DNA from: an uncultured Bacilli bacterium
GTDB taxonomy: Bacteria; Bacillota_I; Bacilli_A; RF39; UBA660
Assembly: GCA_947629445.1 (NCBI GenBank)
Contig: CANRDU010000004.1
Location: 8,562 to 72,561 of the forward strand
Length of the DNA: 64,000 nucleotides
Direction of reading: 5' to 3'
In this document: positions 19,920-29,838 of the stretch, piece by piece
How positions within the stretch are numbered: position 1 is the stretch's first letter
Layout: each line of letters begins with the position of its first letter
The notes under the pieces: generated by a model
Told to the model about the DNA's origin: nothing
The model's database searches: none
The model's input: only the letters and a program-made list of their open reading frames with translations
Program-made: the position numbers and the translations under genes

Positions 19920-20255
19920 GTGTTAAATCAAGCTGTATTAGTCGGTAGAATTGTTCAAACCCCAGAACTAAGAGAAACGGATAGTGGAAAAAAATTAGCT
20001 CACCTTACTTTGGCTGTTCCACGTTCTTTTAAAAATGCCAATGGCGAATACGATACGGATTTTATTTCTTGCGTAATGTGGAAAGGAGTAGCAGAAAGTA
20101 CAGTTGAATATTGCAAACAGGGAGATTTAGTAGGAATTAAAGGTCGTATTCAAAGTAGGCAGTATGAAACAGAAGATGATCAAAAACGTCAATTAGTAGA
20201 AGTAGTTGCTGAAAAAGTAACTTTCTTATCTAATAAGCCAAAAGAAGCAGAATAA
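19920..20255 (+). CDS. ssb: Single-stranded DNA-binding protein, short SsbB-like form without an acidic tail
   Basis: GTG start 7 nt after aggagg. OB-fold blocks LVGRIVQTPELR, LAVPRSFKN and GRIQSRQYE. Ends SNKPKEAE with no D-D-D-L-P-F tip. Confidence 0.85.
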   Translation: MLNQAVLVGRIVQTPELRETDSGKKLAHLTLAVPRSFKNANGEYDTDFISCVMWKGVAESTVEYCKQGDLVGIKGRIQSRQYETEDDQKRQLVEVVAEKVTFLSNKPKEAE

Positions 20256-20376
20256 TCTGCTTTTTTCTATAAAAGAGTAGGGTTTATATAAATTGTATGA
20301 GCTTTCCAGAAGAAACGATACTGAGATACATTTCTTTTTTTAGATGTTTTTGATATAATGGAATTAGGGTGATGAT

Positions 20377-21651
20377 ATGACTTTATTAGATGTTATCGAA
20401 AAGAAGAAGAGAAAGGAAATATTGACCAAAGAAGACATTACCTTTTGGATAGAAGGAATGTGTAAGGGTGAATTTCCTGATTATCAAATTAGTGCCCTTT
20501 TAATGGCAATTGTTTTAAATGGCATGACTGATGAGGAAACATTTGCCTTAACGGATGCGATGTTAAATAGTGGTGATTCGATTGATTTAAGTGCTATCGA
20601 TGGTATAAAAGTAGATAAACATTCTACTGGTGGAGTTGGTGACAAAGTAACCCTTATTTTAGCTCCGCTTCTTGCTTCTTTTGGATTAAAAGTTGCCAAA
20701 ATGAGTGGTAGAGGGTTAGGTCATACAGGTGGAACTATCGATAAATTAGAATCGATTCCTGGATATCGAGTAGAGTTATCCCGTGAAGAATTTATTCAAC
20801 AAGTGAACGAGGTTGGTGTTGCCGTAATTAGTCAGTCAGGTAATTTAGTACCAGCTGATAAGAAATTATATGCACTACGAGATGTAACGGGAACAGTTGA
20901 TTCTATTCCACTAATAGCATCTAGTATTATGTCTAAAAAGTTAGCGAGTGGAGCCGATTTTTTATTTATGGATGTTAAAGTGGGAAATGGTGCTCTCATG
21001 AAAACCATAGAGGATGCTAGAGAATTAGCGAGACTTATGATTGAAATCGGAAAGCATTATGGTAAGACTACTATTTGTATTTTAACGAATATGAGTGAAC
21101 CATTAGGGAATGCTGTTGGTAATGCTTTGGAAGTGGAAGAGGCTATTCATACGTTAAAAGGAATGGGTCCAGAAGATGTTATGGAACTGATTATAAAAAT
21201 AGCAGGATTAGTAGTTAGTCGGACAGAAAATATTTCATTAGAGGAAGCTGAGCAACAGTGCTTCAAGAAATTTAATACTGGTGCTGCTTATCAAAAGTTT
21301 GAGGATATGGTAACTGCTCAAGGAGGAGATTTAACAAAATTAGAAATTTCTAAAAGAATTTTCTCTGTAAGGACTCCAAAAGCAGGTTATATTGCCGCTA
21401 TCGATACTTTAGGAATTGGGGAAATTGCTCGGAAAATTGGCGCCGGAAGATTCACTAAAGAAGATAAAATACGTTATCAAGTCGGTATGGTGTTATCACA
21501 TAAAGTGGGAGATTTTGTAAAAGCAAACGATGAGTTACTTAAAGTTTATTTGGATGATTTAGATGTGCGGGTTAACGATATTTTGGATTGCTTTACGATT
21601 CAAGATAATCCTGTCGAAGCACAACCACTTATTTATGAAATTTTAGAGTAA
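20377..21651 (+). CDS. pdp: Pyrimidine-nucleoside (thymidine) phosphorylase
   Basis: 424 aa with KHSTGGVGDK, SGRGLGHTGGT and LYALRDVT motifs. Confidence 0.9.
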   Translation: MTLLDVIEKKKRKEILTKEDITFWIEGMCKGEFPDYQISALLMAIVLNGMTDEETFALTDAMLNSGDSIDLSAIDGIKVDKHSTGGVGDKVTLILAPLLASFGLKVAKMSGRGLGHTGGTIDKLESIPGYRVELSREEFIQQVNEVGVAVISQSGNLVPADKKLYALRDVTGTVDSIPLIASSIMSKKLASGADFLFMDVKVGNGALMKTIEDARELARLMIEIGKHYGKTTICILTNMSEPLGNAVGNALEVEEAIHTLKGMGPEDVMELIIKIAGLVVSRTENISLEEAEQQCFKKFNTGAAYQKFEDMVTAQGGDLTKLEISKRIFSVRTPKAGYIAAIDTLGIGEIARKIGAGRFTKEDKIRYQVGMVLSHKVGDFVKANDELLKVYLDDLDVRVNDILDCFTIQDNPVEAQPLIYEILE

Positions 21652-21732
21652 TGTCAATTTTTGTCAATTTCTTGTAAATTTATTGCAGTTTTAAAGTAGA
21701 TGGGATATCCTAATAATAAGGAGCGTGATATT

Positions 21733-21933
21733 ATGATATATCCATCTATTGATAAGTTGTTAACAAAGGTTGGATCAAAGTATTTATTAGTAAATATTGT
21801 TTCTAAAAGGGCAAAAGAGATGGAAGAGAAAGAATATTACCAAATGAAAGAATCAGAATATGTTTCTAAAAAGGCAATAGGACGATCTCTAGAAGAAATA
21901 GCAAAAGATTTAATTCACATAACAGAAAAATAA
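21733..21933 (+). CDS. rpoZ: DNA-directed RNA polymerase omega subunit
   Basis: MIYPSIDKLL...KYLLVNIVSKRAKEM; 66 aa; RBS aaggag. Confidence 0.8.
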   Translation: MIYPSIDKLLTKVGSKYLLVNIVSKRAKEMEEKEYYQMKESEYVSKKAIGRSLEEIAKDLIHITEK

Positions 21934-21948
21934 TAGAAGAGGAAAGAT

Positions 21949-22773
21949 ATGAATGGATTAAAAAAGGAGTTTTCAAAATTAATAAAAGTTGCTAGAAATC
22001 CAATGGTTCGTGTATTACCGGGACAGATTGCATTCTTTCTAGTTTTATCTATATTTCCAATATTAATATTAGTTGGTGTGATTGCTTCTTTTTTCTCTAT
22101 ATCTTTAACTTCTATGATAGAAGCTGTGCAAGAGGCAGTTCCTAGTGGGGTTGCAGATGTTTTAGTACCCGTTCTCCAAGGAAAGGGTTTTGATACTCAT
22201 GTCGGTATCTCCATGTTGACAGGCTTTTTCTTAGCGAGTAATGGAGCTCATTCTATTATTTTAGCTTCGAATACCTTATATGGGTTTCCTCATGCAGAAC
22301 TTTTAAAGAGAAGGATAAAATCTTTGTTTATCATTGTATTAATGATAGGACTATTTGTTTTTACCTTATTAGTTTTAGCTTTTGGTGATGATATTTTAAG
22401 GGCAATCCTGATGTTGATTGGATCTAGTTCCCTTACAGATATTATCTATCGATTAGTGATATATCTGAGATGGCCAATTGCCATGTTGGTAATGTATTTT
22501 AATGTTAAATTGATATATACGATGGCACCAGATTGGAAGATATTGAGCAAATATACGACAAAAGGAGCAATATTTACTACCATTGGTTGGGTGATTGCTA
22601 CTGCGATCTATTCTTATTATACAAATCATTTTTCAAATTATAGTTTATTCTATGGAGGAATTTCTAATATCGTAATTTTGATGATTTGGATTTATGCTTT
22701 ATCTTATATTCTGGTTGTAGGTATTGCCATCAATGTGAGTGAGTATCAGAATGAAGATGAAGAGAATAATTAA
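21949..22773 (+). CDS. YihY/BrkB-family membrane protein
   Basis: Six hydrophobic helices with an N-terminal GQIAFFLVLSIFPIL block. Confidence 0.7.
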   Translation: MNGLKKEFSKLIKVARNPMVRVLPGQIAFFLVLSIFPILILVGVIASFFSISLTSMIEAVQEAVPSGVADVLVPVLQGKGFDTHVGISMLTGFFLASNGAHSIILASNTLYGFPHAELLKRRIKSLFIIVLMIGLFVFTLLVLAFGDDILRAILMLIGSSSLTDIIYRLVIYLRWPIAMLVMYFNVKLIYTMAPDWKILSKYTTKGAIFTTIGWVIATAIYSYYTNHFSNYSLFYGGISNIVILMIWIYALSYILVVGIAINVSEYQNEDEENN

Positions 22774-22804
22774 CTTATTCTCTTTTGATTTTAGGAGGAA
22801 TTAT

Positions 22805-23512
22805 ATGAGTACACATATCGAAGCAAAGCGTGATGAGATTGCAAATACGGTAATTATGCCGGGAGATCCCTTAAGGGCAAAATTTATTGCTGAAACTTTT
22901 TTAGAAAATAGTAAATTGGTAAATCAAATAAGAGGGATGCTTGCCTATACTGGAGAGTATAAAGGACATAAGGTAACGGTTATGGGTTCTGGTATGGGAA
23001 TGCCTAGTATTGGAATTTATTCTTATGAATTATATAAGGAATATAATGTAGATTCAATTATTCGTGTAGGAACAGCAGGAGCCTATACGAGAGATTTGAA
23101 TCTTTATGATATTTTGTTAGTTCAAAAATGTTATTCAGAATCTAGTTTTGGACGTACTCAAAATGGCAGTGATGAAAATATGAAGGAATCTAACTTTTCT
23201 TTAAACTTTCATATTCAAGAAACAGCTGCTGAACTTGGAAGACATTTAACAATTGCGACGGTTCATAGCAGTGACGTATTTTATAAAGAGAATGATAATT
23301 ATCAGGAATTATATGAAAAATACGGCTGTCTTGCCTGTGAAATGGAATCTTTTGCACTATTTCATAATGCTCAGGTACTTGGAAAAAAAGCGGCTTGTAT
23401 TTTGACGGTTTCTAATAATCTTGTGACTGGAGAGGAAACAACGAGTGAAGAACGTCAAACGGCATTTAAAAATATGATAGAGTTGGCATTAGAAACTACT
23501 TTGAAATTGTAG
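22805..23512 (+). CDS. deoD: Purine nucleoside phosphorylase DeoD-type
   Basis: MSTHIEAK...VIMPGDPLRAKFIAE, GMGMPS, RVGTAG and ACEMES motifs. RBS aggagg. Confidence 0.9.
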   Translation: MSTHIEAKRDEIANTVIMPGDPLRAKFIAETFLENSKLVNQIRGMLAYTGEYKGHKVTVMGSGMGMPSIGIYSYELYKEYNVDSIIRVGTAGAYTRDLNLYDILLVQKCYSESSFGRTQNGSDENMKESNFSLNFHIQETAAELGRHLTIATVHSSDVFYKENDNYQELYEKYGCLACEMESFALFHNAQVLGKKAACILTVSNNLVTGEETTSEERQTAFKNMIELALETTLKL

Positions 23513-23520
23513 GTGATAAG

Positions 23521-24498
23521 ATGAATATAGAAATACCGAAAGTAGAACTACATGTTCATTTGGATGGTAGTGTACGATTGGAAACTTTATCTGAATTATC
23601 AGGATTAACGTTAGAAGATACCTTTCATCAAGCAGTTGTACCAAAAAACTGTGAAAGTTTGAGTGAATATTTAACCTGTTTTGATCTTCCTATTCAAGTG
23701 ATGCAGACAAGAGAGAATCTTGTTCGAATTGCGCAAGAGTTAGGGGAAGATTTAAAACGGGAAAACGTAATTTATGCGGAAGTTCGGTTTAATCCTTTGG
23801 CACATACTAAGGAAGGACTAACTAAAGAAGAAGTAGTGGATGCCGTTTTGGAAGGCTTTTCTAAGGTAGATATACCTATTAATTTAATTTTATGCATGAT
23901 GAGATCTGCTTCTTTAGAAGAAAATAGTGAAGTGATAATGCTAGCTAGACAGTATTGGAACCAAGGAGTAGTAGCGCTTGATTTAGCAGGAGATGAAAGT
24001 AAATATCCAACTTCTGATTTTGCTACTTTATTTGAAATTGTTCGTAATGTAGGTATTCCTTTTACGATTCATGCAGGAGAAAGTGCATCTTTTGAAAGTG
24101 TCAAAAGTGCTATTCAAATGGGAGCACGTCGCATTGGACACGGTATTCATGCTATCGAAGATGAAGAAACTTTACAATTGTTAAAGGATAAAAATATTTT
24201 GTTAGAAATGTGTCCAACTAGTAATATTCATACGAAAGCAGTTAACACTATAAAAGAACATCCTTTTTGGCAATGTTATCAAATGCATATTCCTATTTCC
24301 ATTAATACGGATAATAGAACGGTTTCTTTTACAAATTTATCCAAAGAATATCAGACTTTAGCACAAACATTTCCCGTTACTTTTAAGGATTTTTGTGCAA
24401 TGAACACCCAAGCCATAGCGGCCTCTTTTTTAGAAGATGAGCAAAAGGTAAAATTGCAAAGGACAATCGATAATTATTTGAAACAATTTAGTGAGTAG
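23521..24498 (+). CDS. add: Adenosine deaminase
   Basis: PKVELHVHLDGS, HAGE and SINTDN motifs. Confidence 0.9.
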   Translation: MNIEIPKVELHVHLDGSVRLETLSELSGLTLEDTFHQAVVPKNCESLSEYLTCFDLPIQVMQTRENLVRIAQELGEDLKRENVIYAEVRFNPLAHTKEGLTKEEVVDAVLEGFSKVDIPINLILCMMRSASLEENSEVIMLARQYWNQGVVALDLAGDESKYPTSDFATLFEIVRNVGIPFTIHAGESASFESVKSAIQMGARRIGHGIHAIEDEETLQLLKDKNILLEMCPTSNIHTKAVNTIKEHPFWQCYQMHIPISINTDNRTVSFTNLSKEYQTLAQTFPVTFKDFCAMNTQAIAASFLEDEQKVKLQRTIDNYLKQFSE

Positions 24499-24505
24499 GT
24501 GAAAA

Positions 24506-25783
24506 ATGAAATATACAAAAATATCAAAAGAAAATTATAATTTACATGTCATTGCAACAGATAAATTCAAAACAATCTTTATGAAAGTGAATTTTAAAAG
24601 AAAATTGAAAAAAAATGAAATTGCTATGCGGAATATGCTAGTAAATGTTCTTTTTGAGTCTAGTGAGAAATACCCATCGAAACGATTGATGGAAATTCAA
24701 ACGGAAGAACTTTATGAACTAGGATATCGGGGCTCTAATTATGCTTCTGGTAAATATAGTATCATGGGATTAGATATTGTTTTTTTAGAACCCAAATATA
24801 CAGAACAAGGAATGCTAGAAGAATCTATTTCCTTTTTAAGTGAAATTCTCTTTCATCCCCATATAGATAGTGGTGGATTTGATCAAGAAGGATATGACAT
24901 TTCTTTTCATGGATTAGAGGATTATTTAGCATCTATTAAAGAAAATCCAGATTCTTATGCCAATATGCGATTGTTAGAAGAAATGGAACCAAATACAGTA
25001 CTTTCTTATAGAAGTTGTGGATATCCCGAAGATTTAAAAAAGATAAATCGTAAGAAACTTTATGAATACTATTTAAAAGTATTAGCAGAAGATACTGTAG
25101 ATATTTTTGTTATTGGTAATGTAAAAGAAGCAGAAATGGAATCATTAATAGCCAAGTATTTTCCTTTTACTAGCCGTAAAAAAGATACCAAGACACACTT
25201 TTATCATGCCAAAACGAAAAAGAATGCAGTCACATTTAAACAGGAGCAAGCGGATCTTAAACAAAGTAAATTGTTATTAGGATGTCAGATAGAGGGAGCT
25301 ACGGATTATGAGTTACGATATGTGTTAAACTCTTTAAATTACATATTAGGTGGCAGTCCAAACTCAAAGCTATTCCAAAATGTGCGCGAAAAAAATTCTC
25401 TTTGTTATAGTATTGCTTCTTCTTCGCAACCACTTGTTAGTATTCTTACTATTAAAGCGGGTATTAATGCGAGTCAATACGACCGGGCTTGTGCTTTAAT
25501 ATTAGAACAATTAGAAGATTTAAGAAATGGCAAATTTGAGGATGAAGAAGTGGAAAACGCAATTACTACTTATAAGAATAGTTTAAAATCTTTTGAGGAT
25601 AGTCCAGAAAGTATGATAGCGCTCTATGCTGGTGTTGAGTACTTAGGGGCAGATACTATCGAAGAGAGAATGAAAAAAATAGAAAAAGTAGATAAAAAGC
25701 AGATACAGGCCCTTGCTCGTAAAATTCATTTAGACACTATCTTTTTCTTGGAAGGAAATGATGAGAATGAAGAAGAACAGTAA
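24506..25783 (+). CDS. M16-family peptidase-like protein (non-catalytic partner, no HxxEH)
   Basis: Insulinase-like fold length and blocks. Lacks the zinc motif. Paired with the next gene. Confidence 0.7.
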   Translation: MKYTKISKENYNLHVIATDKFKTIFMKVNFKRKLKKNEIAMRNMLVNVLFESSEKYPSKRLMEIQTEELYELGYRGSNYASGKYSIMGLDIVFLEPKYTEQGMLEESISFLSEILFHPHIDSGGFDQEGYDISFHGLEDYLASIKENPDSYANMRLLEEMEPNTVLSYRSCGYPEDLKKINRKKLYEYYLKVLAEDTVDIFVIGNVKEAEMESLIAKYFPFTSRKKDTKTHFYHAKTKKNAVTFKQEQADLKQSKLLLGCQIEGATDYELRYVLNSLNYILGGSPNSKLFQNVREKNSLCYSIASSSQPLVSILTIKAGINASQYDRACALILEQLEDLRNGKFEDEEVENAITTYKNSLKSFEDSPESMIALYAGVEYLGADTIEERMKKIEKVDKKQIQALARKIHLDTIFFLEGNDENEEEQ

Positions 25784-27050
25784 CATTGTAAAAAGTTATC
25801 TCAAACATTTTGATTTGGATTTGTATCAAGAAACACTTTCCAATGGCTTACTGATTAATGTTATTCCAAAGAGTGGCAATAATATTTATGTGACCTTTAT
25901 TACTAGATATGGAAGTTATCATAATTCGTTTATTCCTTATGGCCAAAAAGAATATTATGATGCCCCAATGGGAGTAGCGCATTTTTTAGAGCATAAAGTG
26001 TTTGAACAAAAAGAGGGAGAGGATCCATTTAGTTTCTATACAAAAAATGGAGCAGATGCCAACGCTAGTACTTCCTATATTCGTACGTGTTATCTTTTTT
26101 CCGGTCCTGATTGCGTTCATGAAAATTTGGAATATTTACTAGATTTTGTACAGAATCCTTATTTTACGGATGAGAATGTAGAAAAGGAAAAGGGCATTAT
26201 TGAGCAAGAAATTAAAATGTATGAAGATATTCCTTATTGGAAACTCTATGAGAGAACGCTTTATAATAGTTTTCATAATCATCCTATTCGTTATCCGATT
26301 GCGGGAACAGTAGAAAGTATTTCTCAAATTACCAAAGAAGATTTATATACTTGCTATAATACGTTCTATCATCCTTCTAATATGTTTATTACGGTAGTGG
26401 GAGATGTAAAACCTGAAGAAATAATCGAAACGATTAAAAATAATCAGGCGAAAAAGCAATATGAAGATAGAGATCCTGTTCCTTTAAAAGAAATAGAAGA
26501 ACCTGATACTGTTTTTAAAGAAGAAGAATGTATTTATGGGGAAGTAGAAATTCCAAAGGTGTCCATTGCTTATAAGATGAATATTGGAAAGATGGATATT
26601 AATCGCTTTCGGGTATATGCAAGTTTTTACTTTGATTTAAAACTGGGAGCTACTTCGCTTTTAAGAGAACGACTAAAAAAAGAAAATGTGATTACTGGTG
26701 GTATTAGTATTGATATTATGGAAGCAGGTAATCATCTTTTATGTGTTGCTAGTGTGGAATCGAAACGACCAGAATATGTCGCAGAACAAATTGATAAAGA
26801 ATTACAAGACAAAGATTTTAAAATGGAACAATTAAGTCGAAAGAAAAAAACGTTAAAAAGTGGGTGTATTTATCAGAGTGATAGTGTTTATTCTATTGCT
26901 GATCATGTCAATTCTAATTTGTTAAAATTGGGAAAAATCTTAATTGATGAATATGAGTGGATTGATTCTTTCAATGAAGAAGAATTAAAGCAAGCTCTTT
27001 CTATTATGACTTTTGAACATAAACAGATGACTATCCTTAAAAAAAGATAG
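25758..27050 (+). CDS. M16-family zinc peptidase (catalytic, HFLEH)
   Basis: HFLEHKVFE zinc-binding motif. Overlaps the upstream partner. The start may be one of three ATGs at 25758-25767. Confidence 0.8.
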   Translation: MMRMKKNSNIVKSYLKHFDLDLYQETLSNGLLINVIPKSGNNIYVTFITRYGSYHNSFIPYGQKEYYDAPMGVAHFLEHKVFEQKEGEDPFSFYTKNGADANASTSYIRTCYLFSGPDCVHENLEYLLDFVQNPYFTDENVEKEKGIIEQEIKMYEDIPYWKLYERTLYNSFHNHPIRYPIAGTVESISQITKEDLYTCYNTFYHPSNMFITVVGDVKPEEIIETIKNNQAKKQYEDRDPVPLKEIEEPDTVFKEEECIYGEVEIPKVSIAYKMNIGKMDINRFRVYASFYFDLKLGATSLLRERLKKENVITGGISIDIMEAGNHLLCVASVESKRPEYVAEQIDKELQDKDFKMEQLSRKKKTLKSGCIYQSDSVYSIADHVNSNLLKLGKILIDEYEWIDSFNEEELKQALSIMTFEHKQMTILKKR

Positions 27051-27107
27051 TATTGATTTCTTTGGCTAAATATGATAAATTAGTAGTTAGTCGAAGGAGG
27101 TACTTGG

Positions 27108-27314
27108 GTGAAAATATTATTAATCGTGATATCTGTTCTCTTAATTGCCATTGTGTTATTGCAAAGTGGAAAGGCAGAGAGTGCTACTAATATTATGAGT
27201 GGTAGTAATAGTGACCTATTTAGTAATCGTAAAGAACGTGGAGGAGAGTTATTTATTACTCGTTTAACTTTCTGTTTAGGCGTTGCTTTCTTTGTTATTT
27301 GTATTGTAATGTAA
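27108..27314 (+). CDS. secG: Preprotein translocase subunit SecG
   Basis: 68 aa with two TM helices. LLQSGK motif. GTG start after aggagg. Confidence 0.8.
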   Translation: MKILLIVISVLLIAIVLLQSGKAESATNIMSGSNSDLFSNRKERGGELFITRLTFCLGVAFFVICIVM

Positions 27315-27395
27315 AACTAAGGAAACTTAGTTTTTCTTTTTTGTTATCATGTTTTCTATAAATACATGGTATAATGATAGTAAGAGGTGAGTTTC

Positions 27396-28667
27396 ATGAA
27401 TCAAGTTCTACCAGTGGATACATTTATCGTTGTAAATAAAACGGTTTTACAAGATGATAGAAGAATTCTGATTAGTTTGTATGAGCCTCTTGTTGGAGCG
27501 ATTGCGATTAATTTGTATAATACGTTATGTACTTATTTGGAACATTTGGAATTAATTTCGATGGAATACACGCATAATACACTTTTAAATACCATGATGA
27601 TTAGTGTAGGAGAGATGATGGATGCTCGTTTAAAATTAGAGGGGATTGGATTATTAAAAACGTATGTAAAAAGTGGTAGTATCAACCATTTTATATATGA
27701 ATTATATTCTCCTATGAGTGCGAAAGAGTTTTTTAATAATCCTATTTTATCAACGGCTTTACAAAATGCTTTAGGTCCGATGGAATATGAAAGAAGAGTA
27801 GAATTTTTTAAAATTCCTACTCTTAACCTAAAAAACTATGAAGATGTGACTGCTAAATTCAGTGATATCTTTGCTTGGACGAATGATTCTTTGAGGGATA
27901 TTGAAATTTATAACTTACGGGATAAGGCGAAAAGACCATTGGAAATTATATCGAAGATTGATATTAATACCATTATGAGTATGATTCCAGAAGAATTACT
28001 AAATCCTAGAAGTATGACAAGGGATATGCGAGATTTCTTAATTAAAATCTCCTCTATTTACGACTATGATAATGAGGCTATGGTAGAATTAATTCGTAAT
28101 TCGATAACGGAAAAACATACCATTGATAAAAATAAATTGCGAGAAATGGCTTTAAAATGTTATCGTTTCGATAATTATGGAAAATTGCCAAATTTGATAT
28201 ATAAAAATCAGCCAGAATACTTGCGGACTACCAAGACGGGAGTATCTAAGAAAATGCAAATGATTCACATTTTTGAAACGACGAGTCCTTACGATTTTTT
28301 GGCGAGCAAGTATAAGACAGGTACTCCTGCTCTTAGTGATATTAAAATTATTGCCTATTTATTGGATGATTTAAATTTACAACCGGGTGTTGTTAATGTA
28401 CTAGTGGATTATGTCTTAAAAATTAATGATAATAAATTAACAAAAGGTTTTGTGGATGCTATTGCAGCCCAGTGGAAAAAGAGTAACATTGAAACGGTTG
28501 AGGATGCGATGAAAATTGCTGAGAAGGAGCACAAAAATAGAAGAGCAACACAGACGAAGGTAGTAGAGAAAAAAGAAAAGAAGCCAGCTTGGTTTCATCA
28601 AGACATTGAAGAGAATTTAGCAACCGAAGAGGAAATTAAAAAGATTGAAGAAGCATTGCGAGGTTAA
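27396..28667 (+). CDS. dnaB: Replication initiation and membrane attachment protein (Bacillus DnaB/DnaD-domain type)
   Basis: About 424 aa with a DnaD-like C-terminal repeat (VVNVLVDYVL...). Lies immediately upstream of dnaI, as in Bacilli. Confidence 0.7.
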   Translation: MNQVLPVDTFIVVNKTVLQDDRRILISLYEPLVGAIAINLYNTLCTYLEHLELISMEYTHNTLLNTMMISVGEMMDARLKLEGIGLLKTYVKSGSINHFIYELYSPMSAKEFFNNPILSTALQNALGPMEYERRVEFFKIPTLNLKNYEDVTAKFSDIFAWTNDSLRDIEIYNLRDKAKRPLEIISKIDINTIMSMIPEELLNPRSMTRDMRDFLIKISSIYDYDNEAMVELIRNSITEKHTIDKNKLREMALKCYRFDNYGKLPNLIYKNQPEYLRTTKTGVSKKMQMIHIFETTSPYDFLASKYKTGTPALSDIKIIAYLLDDLNLQPGVVNVLVDYVLKINDNKLTKGFVDAIAAQWKKSNIETVEDAMKIAEKEHKNRRATQTKVVEKKEKKPAWFHQDIEENLATEEEIKKIEEALRG

Positions 28668-28669
28668 TT

Positions 28670-29572
28670 ATGGAAGCATTAGAAAAAACATTAAAGAAAA
28701 ATGAATTTGTCAAAGTAGATTTGGATCAAGAATTTGAGAAAGCTATGCAAGATTCGGTATTTAGTGAGATTGTTAAAAAGACCAAATTATCAGAAGAAGA
28801 ATTAAAAAATTATACCTCTCTTTTAGAAGAAGCTGCTAGTGAATATCACCATTGTCTAGAGTGTAAACATCTTTTAGATTGCGCCAATCGTATTCGTGGT
28901 CATGTTTACTTTCCGGTTGTTAAAAAGAAAATATTGAACTTTGAATATAAACCTTGTCGTTATCAAACAAAGCAAGAAAAAAATAATCAATACTTAAAGA
29001 ATATACGTTTTTTTAATACACCATCTTCGTTAAAAGATGCTAGTATGGCTAATATCTATAAAAATGATAAGAATCGTTATGAAGCCATTCTTTGGATTAG
29101 TGATTTTCTAAAAAAATATGAGGAAGATAGCAACAAAAAAGGAATTTATCTTCATGGTAATTTTGGCTGTGGGAAAACCTATTTTATTGCTGCTTTATTT
29201 AATGAACTTGCTAAAAAAGGACATAAGAGTGCCATTATCTTTTGGCCTGAATTTTTAAGACAGGCTTTCTATGATGATTTTAAAGAAAAATATGAATATG
29301 TTAAAAAAGTGCCTCTTCTTTTGATTGATGATATTGGGGCAGAGAATGTTACTGCATGGAATCGGGATGAAATTTTATGCCCATTATTGCAATATCGTAT
29401 GGATGAAGGACTTACCACTTTCTTTACTTCCAATTTATCTATTACGGATTTAGAAGAACATTTAGCAAGTTCTAAGTCAGGAGTAGAGGCTATTAAGGCT
29501 GGAAGAATTGTATCTAGAGTAAAACAATTAGCGGATCCTTTGGAAATGGTTAGTAAAAATTTAAGAAAATAA
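28670..29572 (+). CDS. dnaI: Primosomal helicase loader DnaI
   Basis: N-terminal Cys/His zinc motif (HHCLECKHLLDC), Walker A GNFGCGKT and Walker B LLLIDDIG. Confidence 0.85.
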   Translation: MEALEKTLKKNEFVKVDLDQEFEKAMQDSVFSEIVKKTKLSEEELKNYTSLLEEAASEYHHCLECKHLLDCANRIRGHVYFPVVKKKILNFEYKPCRYQTKQEKNNQYLKNIRFFNTPSSLKDASMANIYKNDKNRYEAILWISDFLKKYEEDSNKKGIYLHGNFGCGKTYFIAALFNELAKKGHKSAIIFWPEFLRQAFYDDFKEKYEYVKKVPLLLIDDIGAENVTAWNRDEILCPLLQYRMDEGLTTFFTSNLSITDLEEHLASSKSGVEAIKAGRIVSRVKQLADPLEMVSKNLRK

Positions 29573-29581
29573 AAAAAAGTG

Positions 29582-29610
29582 TTAACAAAAAAAAGAGAAT
29601 ATGTTACAAT
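29582..29610 (+). promoter_or_regulatory. Sigma-A promoter of the thrS leader
   Basis: TTAACA, 17 nt spacer, TACAAT. Confidence 0.55.
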
Positions 29611-29611
29611 A

Positions 29612-29826
29612 AGGTTAGAAAAGCAATGATTGGGATATGATTATAAAAGATTTTTGAAAAGCGATTTAGGGATGGTGGGAGCCTAATCAAAATATTTTAT
29701 CGTTACTCCCCATGAGCTGAACTCGAAAGAGATTTCCGGTACTTCCGTTATCAAATTAAGTAAAAGGTAGGATGGTACCGCGTTTAAACGCTCCTTGTCA
29801 GTAGAGGTGCGTTTTTTTATTTATTA
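29612..29826 (+). promoter_or_regulatory. T-box riboswitch leader (probable Thr specifier ACU at 29705-29707)
   Basis: Stem I distal motifs AGCGA and GGTGGGA. T-box sequence aaaaggtaggatggtaccgcg. Terminator aaacgctcc / ggtgcgttt followed by T7. Confidence 0.8.
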
Positions 29827-29838
29827 TGGAGGATGCTT

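Noticed and set aside
21652-21680. Direct repeat tgtcaattt-t-tgtcaattt after pdp.
   Set aside because: Only two 9-nt copies are present, with no associated hairpin or recognisable operator symmetry. It is too short to interpret.
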